IMG/VR virus record: IMGVR_UViG_2576861478_000002
Direction: 5' to 3' (one strand)
DNA length: 64,000 bases
From: a virus
Taxonomy: Duplodnaviria; Heunggongvirae; Uroviricota; Caudoviricetes
Positions 38,001 through 46,506 of the stretch are shown here, in pieces. The notes under the pieces are model-generated. The model searched no databases. It saw only the letters and a list, made by a program, of their open reading frames with translations, and had not been told where the DNA came from. Position numbers and translations under genes: made by a program. Position 1 is the stretch's first letter. Each line of letters begins with the position of its first letter.

Positions 38001-38738
38001 AACATTTGGGAAGGTATCAAGTCAACCGCATCTTCTGTCTGGAATGGATTAAAAGAAGCCATTATGACTCCTGTTCGTTGGGTAACAAATGCGGTTAGTG
38101 GAGCATTTGAAGGTATGAAATCAGCAGTATTAGGCGTATGGGATGGTATTAAAAGTGGTATTCGTACAGCTATCAATGGAATTATTCGTATCATAAATAA
38201 ATTTATAGATGGCTTTAATACACCAGCAGAATTACTAAACAATATACCAGGAGTTAGCGCGCCGACTATTCCGCATGTACCAATGCTTGCGAAAGGTGGA
38301 AAACCTGTAGGAGATGGCTCATTTATTACTGGAGAAAAAGGCCCCGAACTGTTTACTAAAAGAGGGAATTCTATCACAGTTACACCGTTATCTTCAAAAG
38401 AAAGATCTCTCGGTATCACTGGAACTATGAATCAACTAATGAGTGATATGAGCCGGATGATGGCTAGTTCAATGAGTCAATTATCAGGGTTAAAGAGTGT
38501 TATGAGTGGTGTGTATGGGAATATGTCAAATAGTAGACAAGCTATGGCAGCTAGTGTTGCGAATCCAGTGATTAATTATTCTTCAGGATCATCTGGCGGT
38601 GGAGTCATTCCAATGCTTGGTGGAGATTTAGTTATTGAAGTACCTGTTAATTTAGAAGGAAGAGACGTGGCACGCGGTACTTATCGCTATACAACCGAGT
38701 ATCAAGAAAGAGAAGCAAAAAGAAACTCAGACTTTTAG
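35094..38738 (+). CDS. tail tape measure protein
   Basis: 1214 aa. Coiled-coil N-terminus, TM cluster, ~11-aa-periodic Trp repeats (nt ~37010..38120). Confidence 0.9.
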   Translation: MAGRIKGITIEINGETTGLQNALKDVNKQSDNLAKELKDVERLLKFDPGNVEALSQKQKLLTQQIENTTQKLDKLKAAEQQVQAQFQNGKISEEQYRAFRREIEFTQGSLDGLKNKLGNMKSEQENVASSTRQLETLFSATGKSVDDFAGALGNRLVNAIRNGTATSKQLEQAIGIIGREALGTEADIEKLQRALRSVDAGNSIQQVRNELRDLQQEAERTEKKFEGLQVGLENVIGGLAAGGGIATAVEKAMDISKLKTKIDVSFEVPESSKKTVEESVRAVTAYGVDIDEALEGNRRQWALNKDASDETNAAIAKGAAGIVAVYSDIDFTELIQEANEIGATLGITNEEALGLVHTLLKTGFPPEQLDIIAEYGDQMMQAGFTAKEVQGIMSAGIDTKTWNIDNLLDGVKEGRIKMAEFGAGVDKSMQEVLDKTKISADQFEKWGQAIAGGGENGQKAMLEATKALAGVENATDRNALGTKMFGTLWEDQGKKIIDTILKAEGKQVDLKKGVEDLNNTTSKLDASPAAKMQKAMNDLQKALEPVLLVIADLVSKFAEWVSNNPELAATLAAIGVAIGVISGAVMALAPIVMAVMGLFGIGAGLAATFVAVVPIIIGLIAAIGIAIYKNWDDIQKWTMEVWNSITEFLTGIWEGISQWATETWESISESTSSAWNAIKEFLTELWNGIMESLSETWNSIVETTTETWNSIVEYLTGIWDGVVETLSEVWNGISQTTSEVWTAISEFFINTWNGLVAFLTPILQGIADFFSMIWNGISTVIQTVWGFITQYLQAIWTAILYFATPIFESIKNFISECWNTISSTTSFVWETIKNFLVSCWNGLVAFVMPIFEKIKSWIIAVWDTISSATMSVWNAVKNFLQSCWNGLVAFVTPIFTSIKDWIVNTWNTISSTTSAVWNTIKSYLSSLWNAIVSTASSVFNSIKEAISTVWNMISSTSSSIWNGIKSTLSNIWEGIKSTASSVWNGLKEAIMTPVRWVTNAVSGAFEGMKSAVLGVWDGIKSGIRTAINGIIRIINKFIDGFNTPAELLNNIPGVSAPTIPHVPMLAKGGKPVGDGSFITGEKGPELFTKRGNSITVTPLSSKERSLGITGTMNQLMSDMSRMMASSMSQLSGLKSVMSGVYGNMSNSRQAMAASVANPVINYSSGSSGGGVIPMLGGDLVIEVPVNLEGRDVARGTYRYTTEYQEREAKRNSDF

Positions 38739-38779
38739 GTTTGGGTTTCTTTTATTTTATAAAGAAACGGGGTGTCAAA

Positions 38780-40249
38780 ATGAGCTCTTTTACATTCAAC
38801 AATCAACGAAAAGAATATATCCAAATAGAAAAAGGATGGAGTCCACCAACATGGGCGCCTTTAAAACGTAATTTCTTAAAAACACCTGGATATCCAGGCG
38901 CGAGATTATTAGGAATGGAAACAGATCCTCGTCCACTTCCTGTTCCTGTGGGAATTATCGTTCCAGATGGAACAAATTTAGAAACGTTAAAAGAAGAAAT
39001 AGCAGCTTGGTTAATTACAGAAGAAGCAGTTGAGCTAGTTTTTGATGCAACTCCTGATAGAACATATTTAGCTGTGATTGATGAAGAGTTTGATCCTGAT
39101 GATTTCGTTACGTTAGGTAAAGGCACTTTGAAGTTTATTTGTCCGATGCCTTATAAATTAGGACCTACTCGAACAGTAGATTTTCAAACAGGTGCGCTTG
39201 GGTTAACGGCAAATGTTCAAAACAAAGGAACTGTTCATTCTAATCCTATTATTGAGATTGACATTACGAAACCAAACACTTTTTTAGATGTATGGTTTGA
39301 AGATAAATATGCAAAGGAAACGGATTATTTCCGTATTGGAATGCCATTAAAAATGGAGCAATTGCCTGTAGAAAGAAATCAACGTCTTATATGGGATGAA
39401 ATGTCTACAACTGTAGGATGGAGTAAGGTTAGTTCTATGGAAGATGGGAATCCAGTTGGTGAAATGAAAACAGATAGTTACCAATTCTATTGTTCGGACT
39501 ATGGATCAGGTAATGGATGGCATGGCGCAGCTGTTAAGAAGAGTATCCCTGGTGGGCCAGTACAAGATTTTATTATGCAAGCCCACGTTACATGTAAAAG
39601 TAAAACGATTAATGAAATGGGACGAGTTGAGATAGCGATACTCGATGAAAACAGCAAAGTTCTTTCAAAAATTGCCATGAATGACCTCTATTGGCAAGCT
39701 GAACAAAATTTTGGAACGATGGTAATTGGATATGATAATAAACCTGGAAAAACAGGTTTAATTTATGAGAGTGGTGATTATCCGAATACATGGAATCAGT
39801 ATTATGGCAGGTTGTGGATCGCTAGAACCGGTAACGATTGGGAGGCTTATATTTCAAAATTTCTTCCTGGAACAGAAAAAGATGATTCAGAACGCTTTGC
39901 AAGGTGGACTGATAAAGACAATAAACATATGGAAAAAGCAGCTCAAATACAGATTAGTATCATGCAGTGGCAAGATGTTCCGCCAGTAGAAGCGATGACA
40001 GTTTCTGATTTGAAATTTTGGAAAGTGAATTTAAATAATCAAAATACACCGCCTTATATAGTCGATGTTGGTGACAAAGTCGTGATTGATACAGAAAACA
40101 GTCGTGTCAGTATTGAAGGGAAAAACGCTATTAACATAAAAGATATTTTTAGTAATTTTCCTGTTATCAATAAAGGTATGAATAAACTTGAAATTATTCC
40201 TTCTGATATAGGAACAGCAAAGGTGAAATATAGGGAGCGATTTAGATGA
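38780..40249 (+). CDS. distal tail protein (Dit), long form
   Basis: MSSFTFNN... Dit-like N-terminus; follows the tape measure gene. Confidence 0.65.
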   Translation: MSSFTFNNQRKEYIQIEKGWSPPTWAPLKRNFLKTPGYPGARLLGMETDPRPLPVPVGIIVPDGTNLETLKEEIAAWLITEEAVELVFDATPDRTYLAVIDEEFDPDDFVTLGKGTLKFICPMPYKLGPTRTVDFQTGALGLTANVQNKGTVHSNPIIEIDITKPNTFLDVWFEDKYAKETDYFRIGMPLKMEQLPVERNQRLIWDEMSTTVGWSKVSSMEDGNPVGEMKTDSYQFYCSDYGSGNGWHGAAVKKSIPGGPVQDFIMQAHVTCKSKTINEMGRVEIAILDENSKVLSKIAMNDLYWQAEQNFGTMVIGYDNKPGKTGLIYESGDYPNTWNQYYGRLWIARTGNDWEAYISKFLPGTEKDDSERFARWTDKDNKHMEKAAQIQISIMQWQDVPPVEAMTVSDLKFWKVNLNNQNTPPYIVDVGDKVVIDTENSRVSIEGKNAINIKDIFSNFPVINKGMNKLEIIPSDIGTAKVKYRERFR

Positions 40250-43200
40250 GGACACCAAGTGGGATACTTCATGTTGTTGATTTTCAAACAGAACAAATTG
40301 TTTCTACTATCCAATCTAAAGATTATTGGGATGATAAACGGCATTGGGAAATCAAGAACAATATTGATAAGTTTGATTTTACAACGGCTGATGGTACAGA
40401 ACAAGCAGCTACACTCTTGCAACAAAACTTAGTGTTAAAAGAAGTGCGTAGCGGTGTTATTGTACCGTATGTAATTACGGAAGCTGAAAAAGTTTCTAAT
40501 GATAGATCCGTAATTACTTATGCATCTGGTGAGTGGATTTTATTAGCAAAAGCAGGTGTTATCAATCCTCAACGAATTGAAGGGAAAACGGTCAATGAGT
40601 TTATTGACATAGCTTTAACAGGGACAAAGTGGAAACGAGGTCGTACAGAATACTCTGGTTTTCATACAATGACTATCAATGAACCTATAGATCCGCTTAA
40701 ATTATTAAAGGATATCGCTTCTCTTTTTGATTTGGAAATTGTGTATCGTGCTGAAGTTGTTGGTAATCAATTCGTTGGTCGTTATGTGGATATGATTAAG
40801 AAGCGTGGTCGAGAAATAGGTAAAGAAGTAACTCTTGGTAAAGATTTAATGGGAATCAAACGTATTGAAAACTCTCAAAATGTCTGTACAGCGCTTATAG
40901 GGTTCGTTAAAGGTGAAGGAGATAAGATAGTTACAGTTGAGAGTATTAATAATGGTCTGCCGTACATCGTAGATAATGATGCGTTCCAGCGCTGGAATGA
41001 AAAAGGAAAGCATAAATTCGGATTCTATACTCCAGAGACAGAACAAGATATCACTCCAGGCCGTTTAATGACTCTTATGAAAACGGAGATGAAAAAACGT
41101 GTAAACACATCTGTTTCTTATGAAGTTGAAGCACAATCAATCGGTCGTGTGTTTGGATTGGCACATGAGTTAATTAATGAAGGTGATACAATCCGAATCA
41201 AAGATACTGGATTTACACCCAAGTTATACCTTGAAGCACGAGCAATCGCTGGAGATGAGTCATTTAAAGATCCGATGCAAGATAAATATGTATTTGGTGA
41301 TTACCGTGAAATTGTTGATCCAAACGAGGAATTACGCAAGCTCTATAATAAAGTCCTGGCTTCATTAGGTAGTAAACAAGAAATTTTAGATCAGCTAGAT
41401 AAGTTGGTTAAAGAGACTGCTGAAAAAGCAAATGATGCTCAAAAAGAATCTGAATCCGCTAAGAAAATTGCTGAAAAGGTTCAGGAAAACCTGAAAAATA
41501 ATACGGTAAATATTGTTGAAGCTAAAAACCCACCAATTGATAATCTTATAGTAGGTAAAACATTATGGCGAGATATTAGTAACGGTAAACCTGGTATTTT
41601 AAAAGTGTGGAATGGTAAAGGGTGGGAGCTTCTTATTCCTGATGTGGAATCTATTAAAAAAGATACACTGGAGCAGGTTAATAAGGATATTAAACTTACA
41701 AAAGAAGAATTAAATAAGAAAGTGGAAGAAGCGCAAGAAGAAGCAACTGGGCAATTTAATACAGTAACAGAGGGTCTTTCAAAAGTTACAAGAACTATTT
41801 CTGATGTACAAAGAGATCAAGGTGAAATTGATAAAAAAGTAACTCAGGTTGAACAGGATTCTGAGAAATTTAAATTGTCTATTGAAACATTAACGAAAAA
41901 TAGTACTGATACTACAAGTAAAATCAATACATTAGAAAGTGATGTGGACGGAAATAAGAAAGTTATTTCAGCAGTTAAAGAAAGTGTAGCGAACATTAAT
42001 GACGATGTAAGAAACTTGTTAATCGGTTCTAAATCTTTTGATGGCGCTTTGACCTTTGCGCAAGCAGACAATCGTTGGTGGCTTAAATCAGCAGATAAAG
42101 TTAAAATTTCGAAGGATGTTTTTCAAGGTAATGCAGTCGTAGAAACTCAAACATCATGGACTGCTTTAGCTTATAACTTCAAGGATTTAGTAGATCGAAA
42201 AGTTGTAAAAGTAGGAGATAAAGTAACCTATTCAATTTTTACTCGTGTAAAAGGTTTGCCGAATGGCCAAGATCTACAACACACTTTCTATTTTGCTGCA
42301 GGTGCTACTGGCATCCGTCCAAATAAATCTACTAATCAATGGCAGCGTGTAATTGTTTCATTCGTAGTGACAGTGGGTATGATGGCATCAACGGGAACGG
42401 ATAACGAGAGTCATTTTCGTATAGAACCTGACGTAAATCCTCCTGCTGGTTGTTGGTATCAGCAGAGTTCACCACAATTGACTATAGGCAGTAAAGATTA
42501 TTCGTGGAGACCTGCTCCTGAAGATATTGCAGATGGTAATGTTTTCACCAAGATAACAACCGAAATCAAAGAAGAGGCTGGGAGAATCTCTAAAAAATTG
42601 GAGCAGGTTGAATCTCGTACAGTGGGCGTTGAAAACTGGCTAATCAATACTGGGCGAAATCAAAAGCCACAAACAATTGGAATGTCTGGAGGCGCACTAG
42701 TCAACAAAGCTACTCAATCATTCACTGAGGATTACATGATTGTAGAATGTACAGATCATACCGACTCTTTCTACCAATTCCATCTAGATAATACTAAGAT
42801 GGGTGACTACGAAAAAGAGAAAGATATGACATTTAGTATCGATATGCAAAACGATGTTCCTATTGATTTACTTGTATTCCAATTTATTAATGGAGTTTGG
42901 GCAGAAAACTTGTACAATAGATTCTCTGTCGCTAATTGGTCTAGAAGATCATTTACATTTAAAATTGATGCGCGGGCAACTGGATGGGGATTACGATTAA
43001 GATTTGAAAGAAACGAAAATTCAAAGGGTAAGAAATTTCGTTTCAAGAAACCTAAACTAGAAAAAGGTTCTGTTCCTACGGGTTTTACAAAATCGACTTA
43101 TGAGTTGGAACAAAGTTTCGAGGGTGTAAAAGAGCGTATTGAAAAAACGGAATCTATCATTAATGATGCTGGTGATCGTAACTATGTACGGAACGGAGAT

Positions 43201-44745
43201 TTCACACACTATTGGGCCGATAACGACCTGCAATGGGATAAGAACCTAAACGGTAATTTGCGCGCTGGTAATTGGGCAACAGGTTATAACGCTGGAACAA
43301 CAGATCCTACAAAGGGTTATCATATGCACGTTAATGACAAAAAGTTTGGGTATCCTGTAGTTGCTGTTATTAACAAAAATGGTCAATTCGGTCAAGGTAA
43401 AAGGTGGCTTGGAATGCCTCAAGAAATGCCAGCTAGTTTCCGAAATGATTTCCAGCCAGGTGATACGTACACGATCGCTTTAGATGTATGGACGGAAACA
43501 GTAAATAACAAAATAGCGGTAGGATTACACCACTTTATTGAGGGTAACACTTCAATGGGCTTTCATAGTGGGGGTACGCCAGAATTAAAGATTGAACCTG
43601 TTAAAAAGTGGGTTCGCCTGTATACAACAATGAAATTACATGATAAATCAGATATGAAAAAAGGTTTTAGCTTGTATATTTATGGCGATCGTTCTGCCGA
43701 TGGTAGTGAGTGCTACTTCAAAAATGTATCTGTGTTAAAAGGATCTATGCCGAAAGCATTCGCTCCGTCTCCGGAAGATGGGGTAAAAGAAAATGTATTC
43801 AGCCAGAAAGTAACGGAGATTACGAAGAACGCCGAAGGGATAACAAGTGATGTAAAAAAAATACAGGAAATACAAACTCAGCAAGGGCAAACACTGACTG
43901 AAGCTACTACAACGATCCTGCAACAATCTGAAGAATTGAAGCTAGCAATGAAAAAGAAAGATGTTGAAGCTTATGTAGGTGGTTTAGGTACTGTCAACGA
44001 GTTGCGTGATGCTAATTTTACGTTAGGACAGAAATATTGGTTTTGGAATAGCGGTAATGGGGCTACTGGTGCTGTTGATACGAGTTTAAAATACAAAGGG
44101 ATTAATACATTTGTAATTACTGTTGCTGGCCAGACGCAAGATCGTTGGTGGGGACTTACAAGTCAATTCATTGAGTGTCAGGTTAACGAAGAGTTTGTTG
44201 CATCAGGTTATTTCAATACTGATGGGAAAACACCTATTGATAGTGGCGGTGCATTTATTGAAATGGAATGGTGGACTGCTGACAAAAAAACTCGTATTAA
44301 GACAGCTAGAACGAATATCACTGTTGTAAATCATACATGGGTTCGTGCTGTATGCACAGATAAAGCACCAGCTAATGCATCGTTTGTGAGATGGCGTTAT
44401 TACGTGACAAGAAATGGGCGTTTATGGTGTGCTGCACCTATGTTACAACGTGGCACTATAGCTACAGAATTTTGGTTACATCCGAAAGATCAAACGGATG
44501 CTGACAAAATGATAGAGGATATTGCTAATAGAGTAGCAACTAAAGATTACGATAAAAAAGTAACCGAATTGGAAAGAAGTATCGCTACTAATGAAGAAGG
44601 CGTTACTATCATTTCAAAAAAACAGGAAAGTTTTATTAATGAGACCTATAATGCCTATGTAAAGAAAACAGAATCGAAGTTACAGGTATTAGATGAAGGG
44701 ATGCTTAGCACAAATTTTAAAAGACGGTATCATTACTTCTATTAA
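40246..44745 (+). CDS. tail-associated lysin/tip protein (Tal; prophage-tail endopeptidase N-domain + long coiled-coil + C-terminal binding region)
   Basis: 1499 aa; N-terminal Prophage_tail-like region; position after Dit. Confidence 0.75.
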   Translation: MRTPSGILHVVDFQTEQIVSTIQSKDYWDDKRHWEIKNNIDKFDFTTADGTEQAATLLQQNLVLKEVRSGVIVPYVITEAEKVSNDRSVITYASGEWILLAKAGVINPQRIEGKTVNEFIDIALTGTKWKRGRTEYSGFHTMTINEPIDPLKLLKDIASLFDLEIVYRAEVVGNQFVGRYVDMIKKRGREIGKEVTLGKDLMGIKRIENSQNVCTALIGFVKGEGDKIVTVESINNGLPYIVDNDAFQRWNEKGKHKFGFYTPETEQDITPGRLMTLMKTEMKKRVNTSVSYEVEAQSIGRVFGLAHELINEGDTIRIKDTGFTPKLYLEARAIAGDESFKDPMQDKYVFGDYREIVDPNEELRKLYNKVLASLGSKQEILDQLDKLVKETAEKANDAQKESESAKKIAEKVQENLKNNTVNIVEAKNPPIDNLIVGKTLWRDISNGKPGILKVWNGKGWELLIPDVESIKKDTLEQVNKDIKLTKEELNKKVEEAQEEATGQFNTVTEGLSKVTRTISDVQRDQGEIDKKVTQVEQDSEKFKLSIETLTKNSTDTTSKINTLESDVDGNKKVISAVKESVANINDDVRNLLIGSKSFDGALTFAQADNRWWLKSADKVKISKDVFQGNAVVETQTSWTALAYNFKDLVDRKVVKVGDKVTYSIFTRVKGLPNGQDLQHTFYFAAGATGIRPNKSTNQWQRVIVSFVVTVGMMASTGTDNESHFRIEPDVNPPAGCWYQQSSPQLTIGSKDYSWRPAPEDIADGNVFTKITTEIKEEAGRISKKLEQVESRTVGVENWLINTGRNQKPQTIGMSGGALVNKATQSFTEDYMIVECTDHTDSFYQFHLDNTKMGDYEKEKDMTFSIDMQNDVPIDLLVFQFINGVWAENLYNRFSVANWSRRSFTFKIDARATGWGLRLRFERNENSKGKKFRFKKPKLEKGSVPTGFTKSTYELEQSFEGVKERIEKTESIINDAGDRNYVRNGDFTHYWADNDLQWDKNLNGNLRAGNWATGYNAGTTDPTKGYHMHVNDKKFGYPVVAVINKNGQFGQGKRWLGMPQEMPASFRNDFQPGDTYTIALDVWTETVNNKIAVGLHHFIEGNTSMGFHSGGTPELKIEPVKKWVRLYTTMKLHDKSDMKKGFSLYIYGDRSADGSECYFKNVSVLKGSMPKAFAPSPEDGVKENVFSQKVTEITKNAEGITSDVKKIQEIQTQQGQTLTEATTTILQQSEELKLAMKKKDVEAYVGGLGTVNELRDANFTLGQKYWFWNSGNGATGAVDTSLKYKGINTFVITVAGQTQDRWWGLTSQFIECQVNEEFVASGYFNTDGKTPIDSGGAFIEMEWWTADKKTRIKTARTNITVVNHTWVRAVCTDKAPANASFVRWRYYVTRNGRLWCAAPMLQRGTIATEFWLHPKDQTDADKMIEDIANRVATKDYDKKVTELERSIATNEEGVTIISKKQESFINETYNAYVKKTESKLQVLDEGMLSTNFKRRYHYFY

Positions 44746-44746
44746 T

Positions 44747-45805
44747 ATGTCACCTGGTAAGATTATAATCGATGCTGAGAAACTGAATATTAATGCCGAT
44801 ACAATGGTGAAATGGTTAACTGCAAAAGGCATTGATACGAATCTTATTAGAATTGATGGTGATAAGATAACCATTGATAAAGATGGTGTAACTGTTAAAA
44901 TGCTAGACTTCCTATTCCAAGACGAATGGGGCACAAAAACAACTGCGGTATCAAGACGAAACCTAATAGCAGATCCAGACTTTTCTAGTGTTACAAAGAA
45001 AAACATTGGCCATAACGATTATTATGGATTTGAAGGTGGATATGGCCTTACTTGGAAGTCCTGGGGAAATGTCGTAATAGAAAAGAATACACATATATTC
45101 GATTACGAGCAGATGGTGAATGCTGCAAGGGTAGATATGTATAACTATCCAGAAGCAATCGTGAATAATGGGATACATCCTGGTAACGAATATACAGTTT
45201 CTGCTCACTTTAGAACGTCTATGATAAATGGTGTACGTAAAACAGGAAAACCACGTTTACAAGTATGCTGCGTTAAATTCCGAGACAATGTAAGTTACGA
45301 TATATGGAATGAACAAAAAATGGACTTTCCTGAACCGTCGACATTTTATGGAGAAATCAGAAGATACTCTTTCACTTTCAAAGTGCCGACAAACTATATT
45401 CCACAACAACACGCATTGATTATTAAAGTTTGTTCTGGAAATGCTGACATGAGACAAGGGACAGCGATTTGTGTAAGTGGTGTAACGCTATACAGTGGCA
45501 AATATGCATCTATGTATAATTGGGATCGTGCCGCAGCAGAAAGAGCAGATGGTATTCAGCCGTTTAACGCAATCGCTATAGGTGGTGTGAATAACAATAT
45601 AGCTCCAGCACCAGACGGACAAACGTTTGATATAAGTACTGAAAAAGAAGTGAAAATCTTTAGGAATATACGAGCAATGCAGGGAATTAACTTAGGTGGC
45701 GGTGGATTCCAACAATGGGGTCATATTCGCTTTACAGACGGTAATATGGGATCGGGTTTTTATGCGAGTACTCCAAGTGGTTGGAAATTTAACGCACTTG
45801 GATAG
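44747..45805 (+). CDS. putative receptor-binding/tail fiber protein
   Basis: Position after Tal; start uncertain (44693 in the ORF track). Confidence 0.4.
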   Translation: MSPGKIIIDAEKLNINADTMVKWLTAKGIDTNLIRIDGDKITIDKDGVTVKMLDFLFQDEWGTKTTAVSRRNLIADPDFSSVTKKNIGHNDYYGFEGGYGLTWKSWGNVVIEKNTHIFDYEQMVNAARVDMYNYPEAIVNNGIHPGNEYTVSAHFRTSMINGVRKTGKPRLQVCCVKFRDNVSYDIWNEQKMDFPEPSTFYGEIRRYSFTFKVPTNYIPQQHALIIKVCSGNADMRQGTAICVSGVTLYSGKYASMYNWDRAAAERADGIQPFNAIAIGGVNNNIAPAPDGQTFDISTEKEVKIFRNIRAMQGINLGGGGFQQWGHIRFTDGNMGSGFYASTPSGWKFNALG

Positions 45806-45821
45806 AAAGGAAGGATTAAAC

Positions 45822-46199
45822 ATGGATATTAACTACATGATGCCTTTTCAAGAAGGTGAAATGCTTCCTTATATGGGAAGAATAGTAGATGTAAAGCGAA
45901 CGGAAACAGGAGTCTTTATACAAGTACCTGCTGACATGTTAGATAATGCAGGGGTTTCCAATGATACGAGTAAAGTTGAGGTGTGGAGGGACATGTCTGA
46001 CGGAACTATTGGTTTTAGGGTTTTAACGAAATGTGAGTTATGTGGTTGTGGAGCCAAATTATATGAATTGAACTTAGGAGTTGCTAAAAGGAACATTTGT
46101 GCAAATGATTATTTTAAACTTACAGGGAATTACCCATCTCAAGAACCGCCAGCATCAACTAATGAAAATAACACACAAACAGAGCAGGAGCAGCCATAA
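45822..46199 (+). CDS. hypothetical protein (pre-lysis cassette)
   Basis: ATG after AAGGAAGGA. Confidence 0.45.
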   Translation: MDINYMMPFQEGEMLPYMGRIVDVKRTETGVFIQVPADMLDNAGVSNDTSKVEVWRDMSDGTIGFRVLTKCELCGCGAKLYELNLGVAKRNICANDYFKLTGNYPSQEPPASTNENNTQTEQEQP

Positions 46200-46211
46200 G
46201 CTGGTCTTTTT

Positions 46212-46481
46212 TTGTTGCCTAAAAAGGAGATGAGAAGATTGCCCGAACATGAAAACCATGACGATTTCACAAAAGTAATTATTGGATTAACAAGGGTGGA
46301 AACAAAAATTGATGGTCTCGGTAATGTTAGAGAACTCGCAATCGAAGCGCAACAGTCGGCAAAAAGCGCTCATTTACGTGTAGATCGATTGGATAAACTT
46401 GTGTTTTGGATGGGAACAACAGTTGTCGGTTCTCTTATAGCTGGAGGAATAGCACTACTTTTTAAATTCGTAGGGAAGTGA
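46212..46481 (+). CDS. xhlA: XhlA-family protein (coiled-coil + C-terminal TM)
   Basis: C-terminal TM VFWMGTTVVGSLIAGGIALLF. Start uncertain (TTG at 46212/46239 or ATG at 46230). Confidence 0.55.
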   Translation: MLPKKEMRRLPEHENHDDFTKVIIGLTRVETKIDGLGNVRELAIEAQQSAKSAHLRVDRLDKLVFWMGTTVVGSLIAGGIALLFKFVGK

Positions 46482-46506
46482 TCGTATATACGGTCACTTT
46501 TTTTAT
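46479..46506 (+). terminator. rho-independent terminator (intron target stem)
   Basis: GTGATCGTATATACGGTCAC then T7; the intron 5' GTGTG begins 9 nt later. Confidence 0.6.

Noticed and set aside
37010-38120. Possible CRISPR array suggested by regular tandem repeats
   Set aside because: Repeats are in-frame coding repeats of the tape measure protein with a 33 bp period, no unique spacers, and no cas genes.
35258-38419. Several 105-186 aa minus-strand ORFs inside the tape measure gene
   Set aside because: They are antisense to a well-supported 1214-aa gene. They arise from the low-complexity repeat DNA and have no RBSs.
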